Of a stretch of DNA of 64,000 bases, positions 24,970 through 38,229 are shown piece by piece; position 1 is the first letter of the stretch; each line of letters opens with the position of its first letter. Position numbers and translations under genes: made by a program. The stretch comes from Monocercomonoides exilis PA203 (taxonomy: Eukaryota; Protista; Preaxostyla), in assembly GCA_001643675.2 (NCBI GenBank), contig LSRY02000008.1, positions 124,001 through 188,000 of the forward strand. Reading direction: 5' to 3'. The notes under the pieces were generated by a model. That model was not told the DNA's origin, searched no databases, and saw only the letters and a program-made list of their open reading frames with translations.

Positions 24970-27900
24970 TTAAAAAGGGACACCATTAATACAATTTTGA
25001 GATTCATTTAAAGATGAAGAGTTAAGAAGAAGATCAAATCTTCTTGAAAGAAGATCTTGAGAAGATTGAGAAAGAAGAGAAGAGTTAGATGATGTGATAT
25101 CAGAGTGAAATGACTTTCTTGAACGTTGAACCTTTTCTTTCATAGTTGAAGATTCGAGTGCAACCAGAGAGCGTTGAGGAAGATATCCAACTGCAGATGC
25201 GCAGACAAATGAGCCCTTGCGCTCAAAGTACAAATAGTCTTTCATGTGAGGGACTGACAATGATGGCCATGAAATTTGCTGAGATGGTTCATATTCTTCA
25301 AAGTACCTCTCATGCACACACTCCTTGATAGATGTTGACGATGGGGAGTTGTTTGATGAGGATGATTCAAAAATATTCAATTGCGAAGATGATGAAACGG
25401 ATGTTGAAACATTCATATTGTTTTCGAAGAAGTTGATTAAGTCATGAAGTGTTGTGATGTGTTCAGTTGAAAGATTGTTGTCGATTGCATTCACTAACGC
25501 ACCAAATTCACTATCACATATATTTTTTCCATGATGCTCAGCGAAGAAGTTGAGTTGTGTATTTTTCTTTTTGAAAAGTTTGGATTGTTTGGAGAGAATG
25601 AAATGAAGAAGGAAGCGATTTCGGTTGTGTGGACCTGAATCGCAGAAGAACTTAAAGGTGTGAGCGTCTGCGAAGAAGTGTCTTTTGATCACAGATTCCA
25701 GACACTCAATAATAAATCTGTGATCATTTGAGAGGCAATCGGAGAAGAAGTTGAACGTTCGTTTTATTTGCTGATTATTAATTTTTTGAAGTGAAATGAT
25801 TGTGAATTGGGAGACTTGTTGATAATTGAAGAATTCTTGTTGAAGTTGATTTTTTCTGATGGGGAGTTTCCACTTCTCTTTGAAGTCGAAGATGAAGACT
25901 GCTTCTCCCTCTTTAAAGTTGTCAACAGTTGATTGATAATGTTTGCGTTGCATTTCTGCAACTAGTCGATGTTGACAAAGTAATTTAAGTGTATGAAACT
26001 CTGCTTCAGACAGTCCATTTTTGTTTTGTGAAGATTTGAGTTTATTCTCCAGATAGTTGAGTTTCTCGCACATGCCGCAGAGATCTGTCCGCCTTTTCGC
26101 TTTGGAGAAGTTGGTAGTGAGTTTGTAGAAGTGTGACAAAGAAACTTTAATATTTATTTCTTCGGAAAACTCACTCCACAGTTTCGTTTTGGGCTTGAAG
26201 ATTAATCTCTTTTCATTGGGAGAAAAGATGCCCGTTTTCTTTCTTCTTTCTTTTAGTGCTTCCAATCCATAGTTAGTTGTTATTGATGAAGAAAGTTGTG
26301 GAATGGAAGAAGAATGATGTGGTGGTGTGATAAACGATGATGATGGAGTTGTATCTGTGTTTGTGTTGTTGATATTTAAAGATTGAGAAGAGGAGGAAGA
26401 AATAGAGGAACCACCAAATTGAATAGTTGGATGCGTAGATAGTGAGTTTTCTTTTACGTAGAATGAAAGTGAAGGAGTGTAACCCTGTGCGTAAAGTTCT
26501 TTCCAAGTCTTAGTCCAATTGTCACTATCAAATTGTTTAATATCATCATCGTTTCAAGTGATCCACATCTTTCTAATTCCTTTCTTTCTTTCCACAACAG
26601 CAATGTAATGACCATTACTGTTATCAAACTGTTTGTGAAGAACTTGACCAATGAAATGATAGAATGTTGTTTTTTTATTGTGTTTGTGAAATGTTGAATC
26701 TTTTTCATTTGCAAATCCTTTGCAAAATGAACGTTTATTCGACATATCAGTCTCGATTAGAAGTGTTCGAGAAGGTGGAGAACAGGCAGGATCAGTGCAT
26801 TCATGGGAGAGGGCTAGTACCTCTGGAAATGAAATCATTTCCTCCCACCGAGCAGTGCAGCATTTTTCTTTGCACTCTTCACAATACACACTATTTTTTC
26901 CATCTAGTATTTCAGTTGAAAACAAAGAAGACAAACCATTGTGAGTTGATGAAGAATTGATAACTACATTGTTACAAATCTCATTGAAGTGTGATGTGAT
27001 TTGTTGGCATTTTTGGCATTTGAGATGAGTGATGATTTCTGGATTGAAGGAATCCTTGCTTATCAACTCATCTTTTTGAAGAAGTCGGTGAAGATTTTCA
27101 AACGCCTCTGCAACATTTTGTTGCTGTCTGCTGCCATAGTTGCAGAAATCTTCCCATTTGTCAATAAGAGATGGGATCCATGAACGCACTGACGTTCCAT
27201 CTTTGAGGATTTGATTGCAAATACTCAAAATTTGAGAAGATAAAGTCTTGTTTGATTGTTGTTTAAAAATGACTGATGGTTTTTGTGAAGTGATTGAAGA
27301 AAAACACTGAAGAAGAGAGGCAAGATAACATGTGTTACCAAGATTTGCTAACCCTTTTGCTGTTTTTGATGGTGTATTCGATATGTGTTTTAAAACATTA
27401 ACTGTTGATTGGGATGAAGTGGAAATAAATGAATCAATATTTGTTGAATAATCTCTTGAAATGGGATGTGAATTTTGTGGTTGTGTTGAAGTGTTGTTCT
27501 CTTTTGTGAAAGATGAGAAAAGATTCTGGAATGCACGTGGAGGAATAAGAGTGGGTGAAGTTACATATTCCATTAGTTGACAACTAACCCACATATTTTC
27601 ATTGTATAAAGATGAAGCTGCTTTGTCAACTGGAGTAGTTTTCATTGTTTTTTTCTTTTTCTTTCTGATTGAGGATGAAGCTGAAGTCCGAGAAGTTATT
27701 GAGGCTGAGGAAAGGAATGAAGATGAGGAAGACGAGGAAGAAGAAGAAAAGGATGAAGATGACGATGATAATAATGGTGAAAATGAGGATAAGGATGAAG
27801 ATGAGGATGAAAATGATGATGATGGTGATGATGAGGAGGAGGATGAGGATGAGGAGGATGATGATGATGATATGGTAGTTTTTTCTTTGAAAAGTTGATG

Positions 27901-28838
27901 AATTGGAATCGGTGATGGAGAAGAATGACGATGATGTAATGAAAATATTTGTCTAATTCTTGTTGTCTTTCTTTCAGCACGAAGTGGAGTGCTGATTGGA
28001 TTATCAACTGTTTGAGAAGGTGTATTATTTATTGAAGAAGTTTTCACTGATGGAATGAGCTTGGCGTTTATGTAACTTTGATTTGTCTTTTTCGATGACG
28101 AAGATAGTTTTTTGTTTGTATTATTTTTTTCTGTAATTATGATATCATCTCATGCAGATTCCTCAATGAACTGCTCGTAATCTGGAACCTTTTTTGGTTT
28201 TTTCTTGGCTGATTGCAATGACGTTGATGCTTCTGTGGAATGGGCCAACATCCAATTGTTGCCCTTTTCCCAATCTTGTTCATTTAGACCTTAAAAAAAA
28301 AAAAGTGAAAATTGAAATTTAAATAAAATAATATACAAACCACTTTTGCATGATTGCGGGTGAGGTAATTGAGCTGGTATTAAAAATCCCTGGTTTTTTG
28401 TAAGAGTTTGTTTTGCATAATTAAACTTTCCTTCTGTGATATCAAATCCATAGTCCAGAAGCTCAGATAATGATGCGTTGCGCGTCAGTGCTTGTGGGAT
28501 CATCGTTTGCGTGTGCAATTGTGCGTGCTTGTACACAACTGAGAGATCTTTCAGAAGTATTTCGTAATATTCTAAGTTTTCATAAAAATAAAAAAATAAA
28601 TATTAATTTAAAATAAATATTCTTAGAGAAAAATATAAGTTATTTTCCATCAAAAAATTTTGAAGAAGAAACCATTCAAGGATTTCAGCAAATCATTAAT
28701 AACTGAAGATGACTTTCTGTAGTTGTAAAACAGATAGACGAGCAATGAATCAACTTCATCTCCACCGATGCGTTGTATTTCTTTCCACAGAACGTTGCAT
28801 CGTGAATTTAGAGTTGACTCTTGTTTTGAAAATGACAT
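24970..28838 (-). CDS. Sola2-like DDD transposase with inserted USP (peptidase C19) domain; model join(28838-28673, 28571-28341, 28289-24970), 1238 codons with in-frame TGA at 28150-52 and 26554-56
   Basis: Frame-preserving GT-AG introns 28572-28672 and 28290-28340. Transposase motifs: SLSHFYKL..RRTDLCGMC, IFDFKEK, FSD..ND, FFCDSGPHNRN, NFFAEHHGKNICDSEFG. USP motifs: GLANLGNTCYLASLLQC, QQNVAEAF, CQKC/CEEC, GHYIAVV..WIT*NDD..SLSFY. Confidence 0.82.
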
Positions 28839-29033
28839 TTTTTTTTGATAATTACAATTTATTATGGAATTATTATCAATATATAATGAAAATGACAACT
28901 CAACTTTTATCACTTTTATTGAATTTTCAATAAAAAAATTTCTATAAAACAATAACAAATAAAAACTTTTTAACTCAAAAAAAAAATAAAAATTTTGAAT
29001 TTATATTTAATTACAAATTTGACAATAAAAAAA

Positions 29034-29600
29034 TCAAAACCAATTTTGTATGACTTGTTTGCATTAATAAAGCAATAATATTCACAAATTAAATGAAACA
29101 AAAATAAATAATTATTAAAATTTTTTGAAATTTTTGATCATAAAAAATACAAATTATTATTAATGGCGCCATTAAGAATACCATGATCTATTTTGCTCAG
29201 TGTGAATAAATAACGATAATAAACATGTCTGATGCTTTTTTTTGAAAATCTGTTAGTGGAAAAAGTTGGTAATAATTTGTTTTTTAACATATTTTTTATT
29301 TGGGATGAAGTGTTGTGTGAAATGAATTGTTTCCCATGCACCGTCTTCGAAGATTTTTCTTATTATTTTACAGTTATTCTATATATTTAATATGTGAGAA
29401 CGTTTGACATATAACGACAAAGCTGCATAAAAGGTTTGGAACAAATCGTTGTTATTTTTCATTAATATAAGAATTTTGACCTATTTGTTTAGAAACTGGT
29501 AATTTTGTTTGGCACATAGACAATTTTTGATGAAACAAACAGAAAGACTATTCAATGTGACTTTATTAATTCTTGTTCATTTTTGACAAAGTTTGTTTTT
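29034..29600. repeat. Right TIR (~567 bp)
   Basis: Reverse complement of 23428-23994. Confidence 0.95.
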
Positions 29601-31045
29601 ATTATCAGTTTGTAATACATAATAAAAAATGCATGCATTTTATTTTGAATAAAATTTTGAACAATCAACTTTGAACTTGCTCTTATTCTCACTAACCAAC
29701 ATTTTTTAGAGGGATTTGCTTGTTGATTTCAACGACAATTTTGCTTGTGTCTTCATTGGTGATCTGCAGCGAATCGCCTGTCTGAACAACTTAGGCTGAT
29801 AAATCAGTGAGAATACTTAAGTTTTATGTTCATTTGAACCCATTCAATATAATTACCAATAATCTCTACATAAAATGTTATTGAAAGAGCGATTTTTCAT
29901 TTGATGCTGTTTGTTGATTTTTTATTTTTTTGATAATATCGCTTTTATCTCATTTCTTGTTAATCAAATTGATCTTTTTCAATATTTTATTTCAATAAAA
30001 ACAATCAATTAGTTTCAAAACATAAGCAAATTCCTCATCTTATAATTTTTTCAATCAGTTTTGATTGAGAAGAATGTGCAATGTATCTTTTCAATGTGCT
30101 CTTTCCAGCATTTCTGTTGCCATTGGAAATAGAGCAGATAAAAAAGATTGAACTGGAAACCAAATACCCCGCCTTTTCTGCTACCACTGTAATCTCTGTG
30201 ATACAGCTGACTGTTCATCCCCTATACATCCAGACTTCCTCTTCTCACAAACCACAAAACATTTCTTCTTTTTGTCGTCAATGTCTTCTTCTTCTTCTTC
30301 TTCCTTTCATATCTGTCGTCCACAAACCGCTTTATAGTTTTTATGATCGAAAAAGTCGAATGCACATCACAAAAAGCAGAAATTCTCTCCTCATTCAAAC
30401 AAAAGACCTCCTCTTTTCACTGACACTCCATTTCTTTTGTTAATAACACTCCATTCAGATTCTTCTGAACTTCTTCTAATCTTCCTCTCAATAGTTCCAT
30501 TTGGTATCGACACTTCGTATTAGCTCCCACAAAATGCTCTCTTTCATATAACAACTCTTTTCATGGCATCTCTTTCATGGACTTCATCGCAACAACAACC
30601 AAAGCTGCCAAATGTTCGCACATCACATTCTGTAACAGATCTTCAACATCTTCCAACTCATCACAACGTTCTTCTTCTTTTTTGATGTCCTCCTCCTGCA
30701 GAATGGGACATCAATAAACAGATCGCTCAATTCTGCGCATCGTATTCATATGCTTTCACGCCTGAAGCGCATTCCTCAATCAATAACGTTGTCTCTTCAT
30801 TCCTCTCTCCAAGCTTTGCATTTCCACTGCTGTGCATTTCAAGTTCATGTATTTATAAACAAAAATACAACAGACAGAAAAATGGAGTCTTTTGCATCAT
30901 TTTTCTTCTATTACTAACAGCAGCGTCGGATGATAAGTTGATGAAATTGTTGTTCCATATGATAAATTCATTATTGACTAAAAGGTTAGATAATGAAAGA
31001 TAATGTCAGAGTAAGAGAGAAAAAGTGAAAAAGAAGGAAGAGTAG

Positions 31046-31363
31046 TTGAGAAGACTGAAGATGAAGACAAAGAGATGTTTACGAATCAATGCAGATAAAA
31101 TACCATTTTCTTCTTCTATTTCTATATCTATTTCTGTTTTATCTTCTTTTCCTTCTCTTTTTTATTGTTCTATCTCACTCACTGGAATGGATTCAGATAC
31201 TAGCAGATATATAGATACAGAATTTGACTCAGAACTGTCTTTTCTTTATTCGATTGAACGGACAACGTCTTATGAAGATAGAACAGAAGGAAGCGGTTGT
31301 GAAAAAGAAGATGGTGAAAATGGCGAAGAAAAAAATGAAAAAGAAGATGATTGTTTTATCTCA

Positions 31364-31394
<31 letters not shown>

Positions 31395-34300
31395 CTTCTT
31401 CTTCTTCTTTTGATTCTTCAACATCGTCATCAAAAACAGCAGAAGTCGAATTCTTCAAGAAAGAAAAAATAGAAAACGATTCATCTTCGTCTTCATCTTC
31501 CTCTTCATCCGAACAGTCAGAAGTGAGTTCATCACAAGAAATAGCAGAAAAAAGCAGAAATTGATGAAATCATCGAAGGCTTTAAAAGAAAACATGCGCC
31601 ACGTCTACCTCTTCCTGTGATCCTTCCGCCTCAAGAAGCAACTCTTCAGAATCCGTCTTAGGTGCTTCGAAGTCAAACACAGAGAAAAAGCAATCAAAAT
31701 TCAACACAAACCTTTTTGACTCATTCAATTGCTGGCATTGGCACAAGAAGAGGAACATCTCCTTCTTCATTGCCGAATGAATCTTTTCTTTCTCTTCCTC
31801 AATCATCTCCTTCACCATCTCCTTCATCTTCTTCCTCTTCCTCCTCCTCCTCTTCTTCTTCTGTCTACCAATCAGAGCCTATTTCATTCAGAATCCATTC
31901 TTCTGCTTATTCCTCCATTCCACCTACCATTTCAACCACTTCTTCATTCAATACCCCCACATCTTCCATCACAAAGACACAAACTTCAACCTCTTCTTCT
32001 TCTTCTTCTTTCTCTTCTTCCTTCTCTTCTTCCTCCTCCTCTTCCTCTTCTCCTTCATCTTCCTCTTCTTCCTCCTCTTCTTCTTCTTCTGTTCCTGCAG
32101 TAACAGACCTTTCTATCCATCCAAAACCACCTCATCGCTCTGAAATTGCTATGGCTCGCCGCATAAGAGCAATGCATCCTCTCCTCCGCCGAAGCTATCT
32201 CAACCGCTGTGCACAAGTGGCTGCTGCTTCTGGTGCTTCACGTTCTTCTTATTCTTCTTCCTCCTCATTGCGTCGATTGCTTCACAACAGATTTCTGACA
32301 GGCAAAGAGCAGCAGATGAGGAGGATGAGGCAGCAGCTCGGAAGAAGAAGGAAAAGACAATATTTTGTTTTCCCACCAGATGTGTTTGAGGCGCTGCCGC
32401 TGTTTGCAGAATTTCGGATGGTAGAGCGGAATGCTGAGAATCTGAAGAAGAGGAAGGGAGAAAGAGATAGAGCGAAAGAGAGCGAAAAAGAGAAGTTAGG
32501 AACAAGAGAATAGAGGAAAAAAGAACAAGAGAACAAATTAAGTTGAGGAAGGTATTGAAGCCTGTCAATGATGGAGACAACAATGATGAAGAAAATGATA
32601 ATAAAACAAAAGCAGAAGAAAACGAGAGTTTATCATTGATGAGAAGAAATTCTTTGAAGGAATCGAAGAAAAAGCAAGAAACTGAATGCCTTTCTGTCAG
32701 CTCCATCATCAATGATGAAGAACAACGAAAAGAGAAGAGACATAAACAGAGAGAGAAACAGAGGCTGATGCGAAAGTATTACCAGGCGCTTGAGCTTCAA
32801 AGTGATTCTGTTGTGAATGAGGTGCTTTTGATGGTCAGACCAAACCTGCTGTTTTCTCCAGCGCTGATTGACAAGTCTAGAAAAAGACCAGGAATTAATG
32901 AAAATGCTGCAAAAAGTGAGGGTGATGATAAAGAAGATGAGAAAAAAGAGAAAGAAGTCAATAATCCTGTGAATGTAGATGGAAACAAGGAAGAAGAGAA
33001 AGGATATGAAGAGAACAATAAAGATGCGACGAAAAAGGATATGATGATTCAAACAACGATGAAAACGAAGAAGTGAAATTGGAGGATTCAATGAACAACA
33101 CCAAAGAAGCTGTTTCTAAAGCAATGAAAATAAAACGGAAGCAGAAAAGAAAACTAATGCAAAAGAGTCCATAACAAACAAAAAAGAAGAAACACATTCC
33201 GAAGAGCCTTAATGAGAGCCTTTTTCATAGGAAAAGCAGCAAAAACAACTCCCTTTACCCCACCTTCACCTTCACATTCTCCTCAACCTAAACAACATTC
33301 TTCAGCAAGAGATGCCTTTGCAACGATACACTTTGCACGAGGGATGCGAAAGGAAGGCGGATGGAGATGGAGAGAGGAGATGTTGGTGCAGCAACAATGC
33401 TTCTGTCACCTGCTGTTGGAGGAGGAGTTGGAGGGGTGAAGTTTGGTGTGATGGGAATGAAGGATTTGAACAAAGAAGTGACAAGGGCGATGCAAGATAA
33501 GTTTCAGAATGAGAAAGTGAAAGAGAACGATGAAGAAGCGAAGATCACATTTAAAACATTGGAATCTGATGATCAGAGAGAAAAACTGCTTCGGTTGATG
33601 AAACTGCAGGAAATTCAGAAGAAGAAGAAGGAGAAAGAAGAGAAGAAGCACAGGAAAATGGAAAAAATGGCGAAGAAGATAGAGGAGAAAGACAAAAATC
33701 TGTTTAGCAGCATCCAAGGAATATTATAAAAACATCTTGATACAAACCAGAAGGAGAACAAAATGGTAAGCGATGCACAACAAGAAGCGAAAGAAAGCAA
33801 AACGCCATTTTTTACAAGAGAGCGGAAATTGGACTGCATGTTGAATGATTTAGCTTATTCTGACTTGGAAGATCTGAGCGATGAATTGGATGTGCCTTGC
33901 CGTCATGTGCGTATCAAAAGCGAGGAAAACGGGCAATTTGTGTGGAAGATGCAAAAAGAACCTGTGTTTGCAGCAGTCGACGCGAGGCAGACAAGAACGC
34001 AGTTGGATCTGATGAGTGCGCTGAAGAGTGGGCTGAGGCAGAGCCGGGCAGAGTTGAGAAGAGGAAGGGGGATGAAGTGGAGGGGCTAGTGGACATCCAA
34101 AGAGGAAGCAGAGGCTACACTCAGGAAAGGAAGGAAAGGAGCAGGGAAAGGATCAGCTCTGCTGTTTCAGAAGGAGAATGGGGCAAGAACATTCAGTAAG
34201 AACAGCGTGCCTGGAAGAAGAGATGCGCTGTCGTTCTCAATATTGGTATCTTTTCTCACTTCGCAGAATTCAATGGTGATGAATCTGATGCAGAAATACC

Positions 34301-34634
34301 CTGCCCTCAATTTGGTTGCGCCTTTTGATTCAACTGCAGAATTTGACGCAAATTCAAACATTGCTCTTCATCCTCTTTCTCATTGTTCTTCTTCGCTAAT
34401 CAATTCTTCCTTGTTTATGAACATCCAACAACAATCTTCTCCTTCTCTCTGAACATCTTTATCTCCTTCCCTCTTTTCTCAAACTGTTCATCCATCTTCA
34501 ACTAATTCAGCTATTCCAAGCCTCCTTCCGCTATCACTTCCTGCCTTAACTTCTTCGTCCCCTTCTTTTTCATTCAACTCCCCTCGAATTCATCGTCAGG
34601 CCTCATCTTTCATTTCTGTTCAGAATCACAGATA
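31046..34634 (+). pseudogene. Long degenerate low-complexity hypothetical gene
   Basis: ORFs starting at 33361, 33763 and 34207 share one frame, separated by single TAA and TAG and followed by TGA; upstream pieces are frameshifted. Confidence 0.45.
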
Positions 34635-35245
34635 ATTATTTATTCTAATAATGAATAACAGCTGAAAGTTTATTACGACGGAAGCGATTCCCCACAAAGC
34701 AAAAAATAGTTTGCACGTTATCAACAACTGAATCAATTCTGGCCTTTTCATTTGGAAGCTGAAGCATATGAAGTGAAAAGGAAATGGTATAAAAGCAATT
34801 TTTGTTTGGAATGAATAAGTTTGAAAATATTCTTCGACTGATTACACATCTCCAAAATTACAGCGAATTGTTGAAAATGAAACGATGAGTGAGAAAAGCA
34901 ATTTTGAGGAAAAGGCTTGAGTGAAGAGAAATTTTTTGAGCCTCTAGCGCTGATTGGATACAAGTTAGTTGGAATCAGAAAATTGAAGAAAGAATAATCT
35001 GAGAAAATTTCCAGATATGCTTGAAGAAATGGATATTGAAAAAAGGAAAACATATGATTCCTAAAAGCAACGAACGTTATTTGCATTTGATTAAGAAGAG
35101 AAAATAAATGAAGAAATTTTGAAGAATTATTTCTATGTGAGATGAGTTTAGGCTCTATGAATAAATTGGCGGTGAGATATTCTTCAGTTAAAAGGAAGAT
35201 GAAAGCTCAAGAATTTTTCAATGATATGAAAAATGGAAGAAATTT

Positions 35246-35512
35246 TTAAGAAATTAGAAGAAGTTTATCATTTCCTGTGATTTTTGTGAAAGCTGTGCTG
35301 AAAGTGAGTGTTTGAGTTTGAGTAAATATTGAGGTGAGGAGGGTGAGGGAGGCGTCTTGGAGGAGGGAAATGAAGCCGGTAAGGGCATACTCGATGTTGG
35401 CACATGGGGTCTGTTGGGGTCTGCCACAGGCATAAGCATCAGTTCCTCTGTTAGAAACGATTTTATTCAAAGTGATAAAGATGATCCAGATATTGAACTT
35501 GACTTTATCCAA
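35246..35512 (-). pseudogene. Fragment of the CG....PC host protein family
   Basis: VSNRGTDAYACGRPQQTPCANIEYAL motif, cf. FCGNKYVPCQSLDYSV at ~44400. Confidence 0.55.
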
Positions 35513-36104
35513 TGTTTACTATTTCATTTAACGCTTGATGAATTCGATGAAACGAATAAAATGAATGGAAATTTGATGGACTTATAAAGGAAAGGGAAAA
35601 AATTGAATAATAACTATTATCAATAAATTGGTTTCAATAGTTTTGTTTACCTATCATTTTTTCTGTTCTTCTTATGAACTTTCTCTTTGCAATGTTAAAT
35701 TTTGTCAATAATGAATTTTCAATTTTTTTCCTTTTGAAGTTTTATTTATTCATTAAAAGTTAATTTAAATTAAACTTGATCAAAAAATTCTTTTTAATGA
35801 AAAAAGGTATGGATTTTTGTTTAAGAAAATTAAACAAATAAATGTTTTATCAATACATGCTAAATACTCATGAAAAATCAATTCTTGTTATCAGAATAAA
35901 AAAAACTATTTGATCAAAAAATACAACTATAGATTTTATTTTTTCGATTTTTGATCTTTTTTTATGATTTCAAAAAAAAAACACCCATATTTTAAATCAA
36001 ATATGAAAAGTTTGTAAATAGTTTATGAAATATCGATCTTATCGAAACATTGGATTCGATAATATGTGAAATAAATTCAAATATGGAATTAACAAAAATG
36101 AATG

Positions 36105-36826
36105 ATGGAAACGGAATGATCAATTTTGATTTTTTGTGTGACAAAATTTAAGTCGTGGAGCTTTTCAAAAAAAATGAACATTTATTTTTCAAAAGTTATT
36201 TATATTTCATTGAATAACCTTTTTTTAACAATTCCATTTGTCATATTTGAAGAGTCGATTTTAATGATCCCATAACACAGATGTCGCACGAAATACCGGA
36301 CAAGATCGATATCACGATAACTGCAGGAGGAATAATTCTGACAATTTTCCTCAAAATATATCTCATCAATACAAACTTGCATGACATAAAAGACTTTCAA
36401 ACCAGCTTCGGTTGAGTTCAGAAAAAATAATTTTGATAATCTCGGAGAAATTCAAAATCCTATTTCTCCGAAAATTTCAAAATTATTTTTTCTGAGCTCT
36501 AACGAAGCTGTCCTGAAAGTCTTGTATGTCACGTGAGTTTGTATTGATGAGATTTATTTTGAGGAAAATTGTCAGAATTTTTCTTCTTGCGGTTATTGAG
36601 AAATCGATCTTGTCCGGTATTTTTTGCGATGTCCAGTATTTAATGCAATATCTGTAAATCACACATATAGGACAGAAAAATAATTGTGCCATTTGAAACA
36701 CATATTTGTGATGTGTATCTTGCATTAACTCAAAAAATAAGCGGAGTGTGTTAGAATTTATTTGAAAAGTGATGTCAGATCAAAAATTTGACCCATCATC
36801 ATAAAGTGATTCTCGTTCCGTTTCCA
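36105..36826. mobile_element. Foldback-type non-autonomous element
   Basis: Ends atggaaacggaa / ttccgtttccat; internal ~165 bp diverged inverted arms (~36275-36437 / ~36477-36640) around a small hairpin tcggagaaat..atttctccga. Confidence 0.75.
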
Positions 36827-37357
36827 TTATATAAATGATAATTGATCCAATTCAATAAAAAGCGTATCAGGACTTCACAAACTTGTTAATGGAAAGAAAT
36901 ATTTTGAAACAAATAATTATTAATTAAACTAATTGATTAAAATTAAAAAATTTGTTTCGCAATGAAAAGGAGTTATATTTGTTTGAGCAATCATGCAATT
37001 GCTGCATTATGAATTGTTCATGGAATATTTCGATTCTTTTTCGAATTAACAAAAACACTGATTATTATTTATGCTATAATTTCATCAGAATTTATCAATG
37101 CTCAGAATGAATATAAAATTTCATGGAAGTGAATACAGCTTGTCCAAGTGGGATTGAACAAAAATTCTATCAAACATTGATGGTTTGCAATTTGTTTTTC
37201 TTTATATTCTAATAATTTCACACTTTTTTTTAGTGTCTCAAATTTGTCGCAGATTTCTGAAAGCCTTTGAGAAAGAACTTGCAATATGCAAATTTACAAC
37301 AGATTCATAAGAAGATGAAGAAGATTTCTGCTGACGGTTGTGAAATGAAAGAGTGAG

Positions 37358-37750
37358 ATGATATTTGTGTCTTCTATTACAAGAAATCACGAGAATAGCA
37401 AGCAATGTGGAGAGTTCAGTATGCCATGTGACTCATTGAGCTTTGGAGTGCAACACATCATTCCATCTCTGTACTCGCAGCTGTTGGTCTCGGGGCAAAC
37501 AGAAATTGTTGGGGAATGCGAAGCAAAGGATGTTAGCATCCACTCTCTGAAACCTCCCTTCGCTGCTTTTGTATATCTGAACTCAACAATTTCTGACAAT
37601 GAAGGAATTCTCATCTCAACCTCAGAGACCGTTCGGATTGAAAGATTGAAATTCAACTTTTGGCAGTCATTTTCTTATTCTGGCAATTCAATTATTCAAG
37701 AAGTTAGTGGACAATTTTCTCTTTCATTTGTTGATTTCTCTTCTACTAAG
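37358..37750 (+). pseudogene. Fragment of the large repetitive host protein family
   Basis: IFVSS..ENSKQCGEFSMPCDSLSFGVQHIIPSLYSQLLV..; runs into low-complexity sequence. Confidence 0.6.
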
Positions 37751-38135
37751 TCTTCGTCGTCATCATCAATTTCTTCTTTTCTTCTTCTTTTCCTCCTTCT
37801 CCTTCTCCTTCTCCTTCTCCTTCGCATTTGCGTTCGCCTTCTTCAACTTCATCTTTTCAAAAGTTTTGTTCAGAAATATGTTGAAAGAATACCGTTGTAT
37901 TCTCTATGTTAACTGCATATTTGTTTCTTTCAAAAAGCTTTTTGAAAGAAAATGAATGCAACAAGAAACAGGAGACAGAAGAGGATGAAAAAGGAAAAGA
38001 AGATGATAACTCCCATGAACATGTCATCAGTGAAATCGAAAGGAAGGTCGCATCTAATGCACACTCAAAGAACAGCCGCAAGTTGTTGATCGCTATCTTT
38101 TTCTCTCTTGAAATCTGTTTGTGCCGTGCTGAAAT

Positions 38136-38211
38136 AGAAGAAGAAGAAGAAGAAGAGGAAGAGGAAGAAGAAGAGGAAGAAGAAGAGGAAGAGGAAGAGG
38201 AAGAAGAAGAA
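38136..38211. repeat. (GAA/GAG)n tract
   Basis: Direct reading. Confidence 0.9.
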
Positions 38212-38229
38212 TAATAATGAAAAGAAGAC

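Larger units (their letters stand above)
23428..29600 (-). mobile_element. Long-TIR DNA transposon, Sola2-like, with USP cargo domain
   Basis: TIRs 23428-23994 and 29034-29600 with no mismatch seen on visual comparison (identical 67 aa pseudo-ORFs in both) enclose a DDD transposase gene; exact termini and target-site duplication unresolved. Confidence 0.9.
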
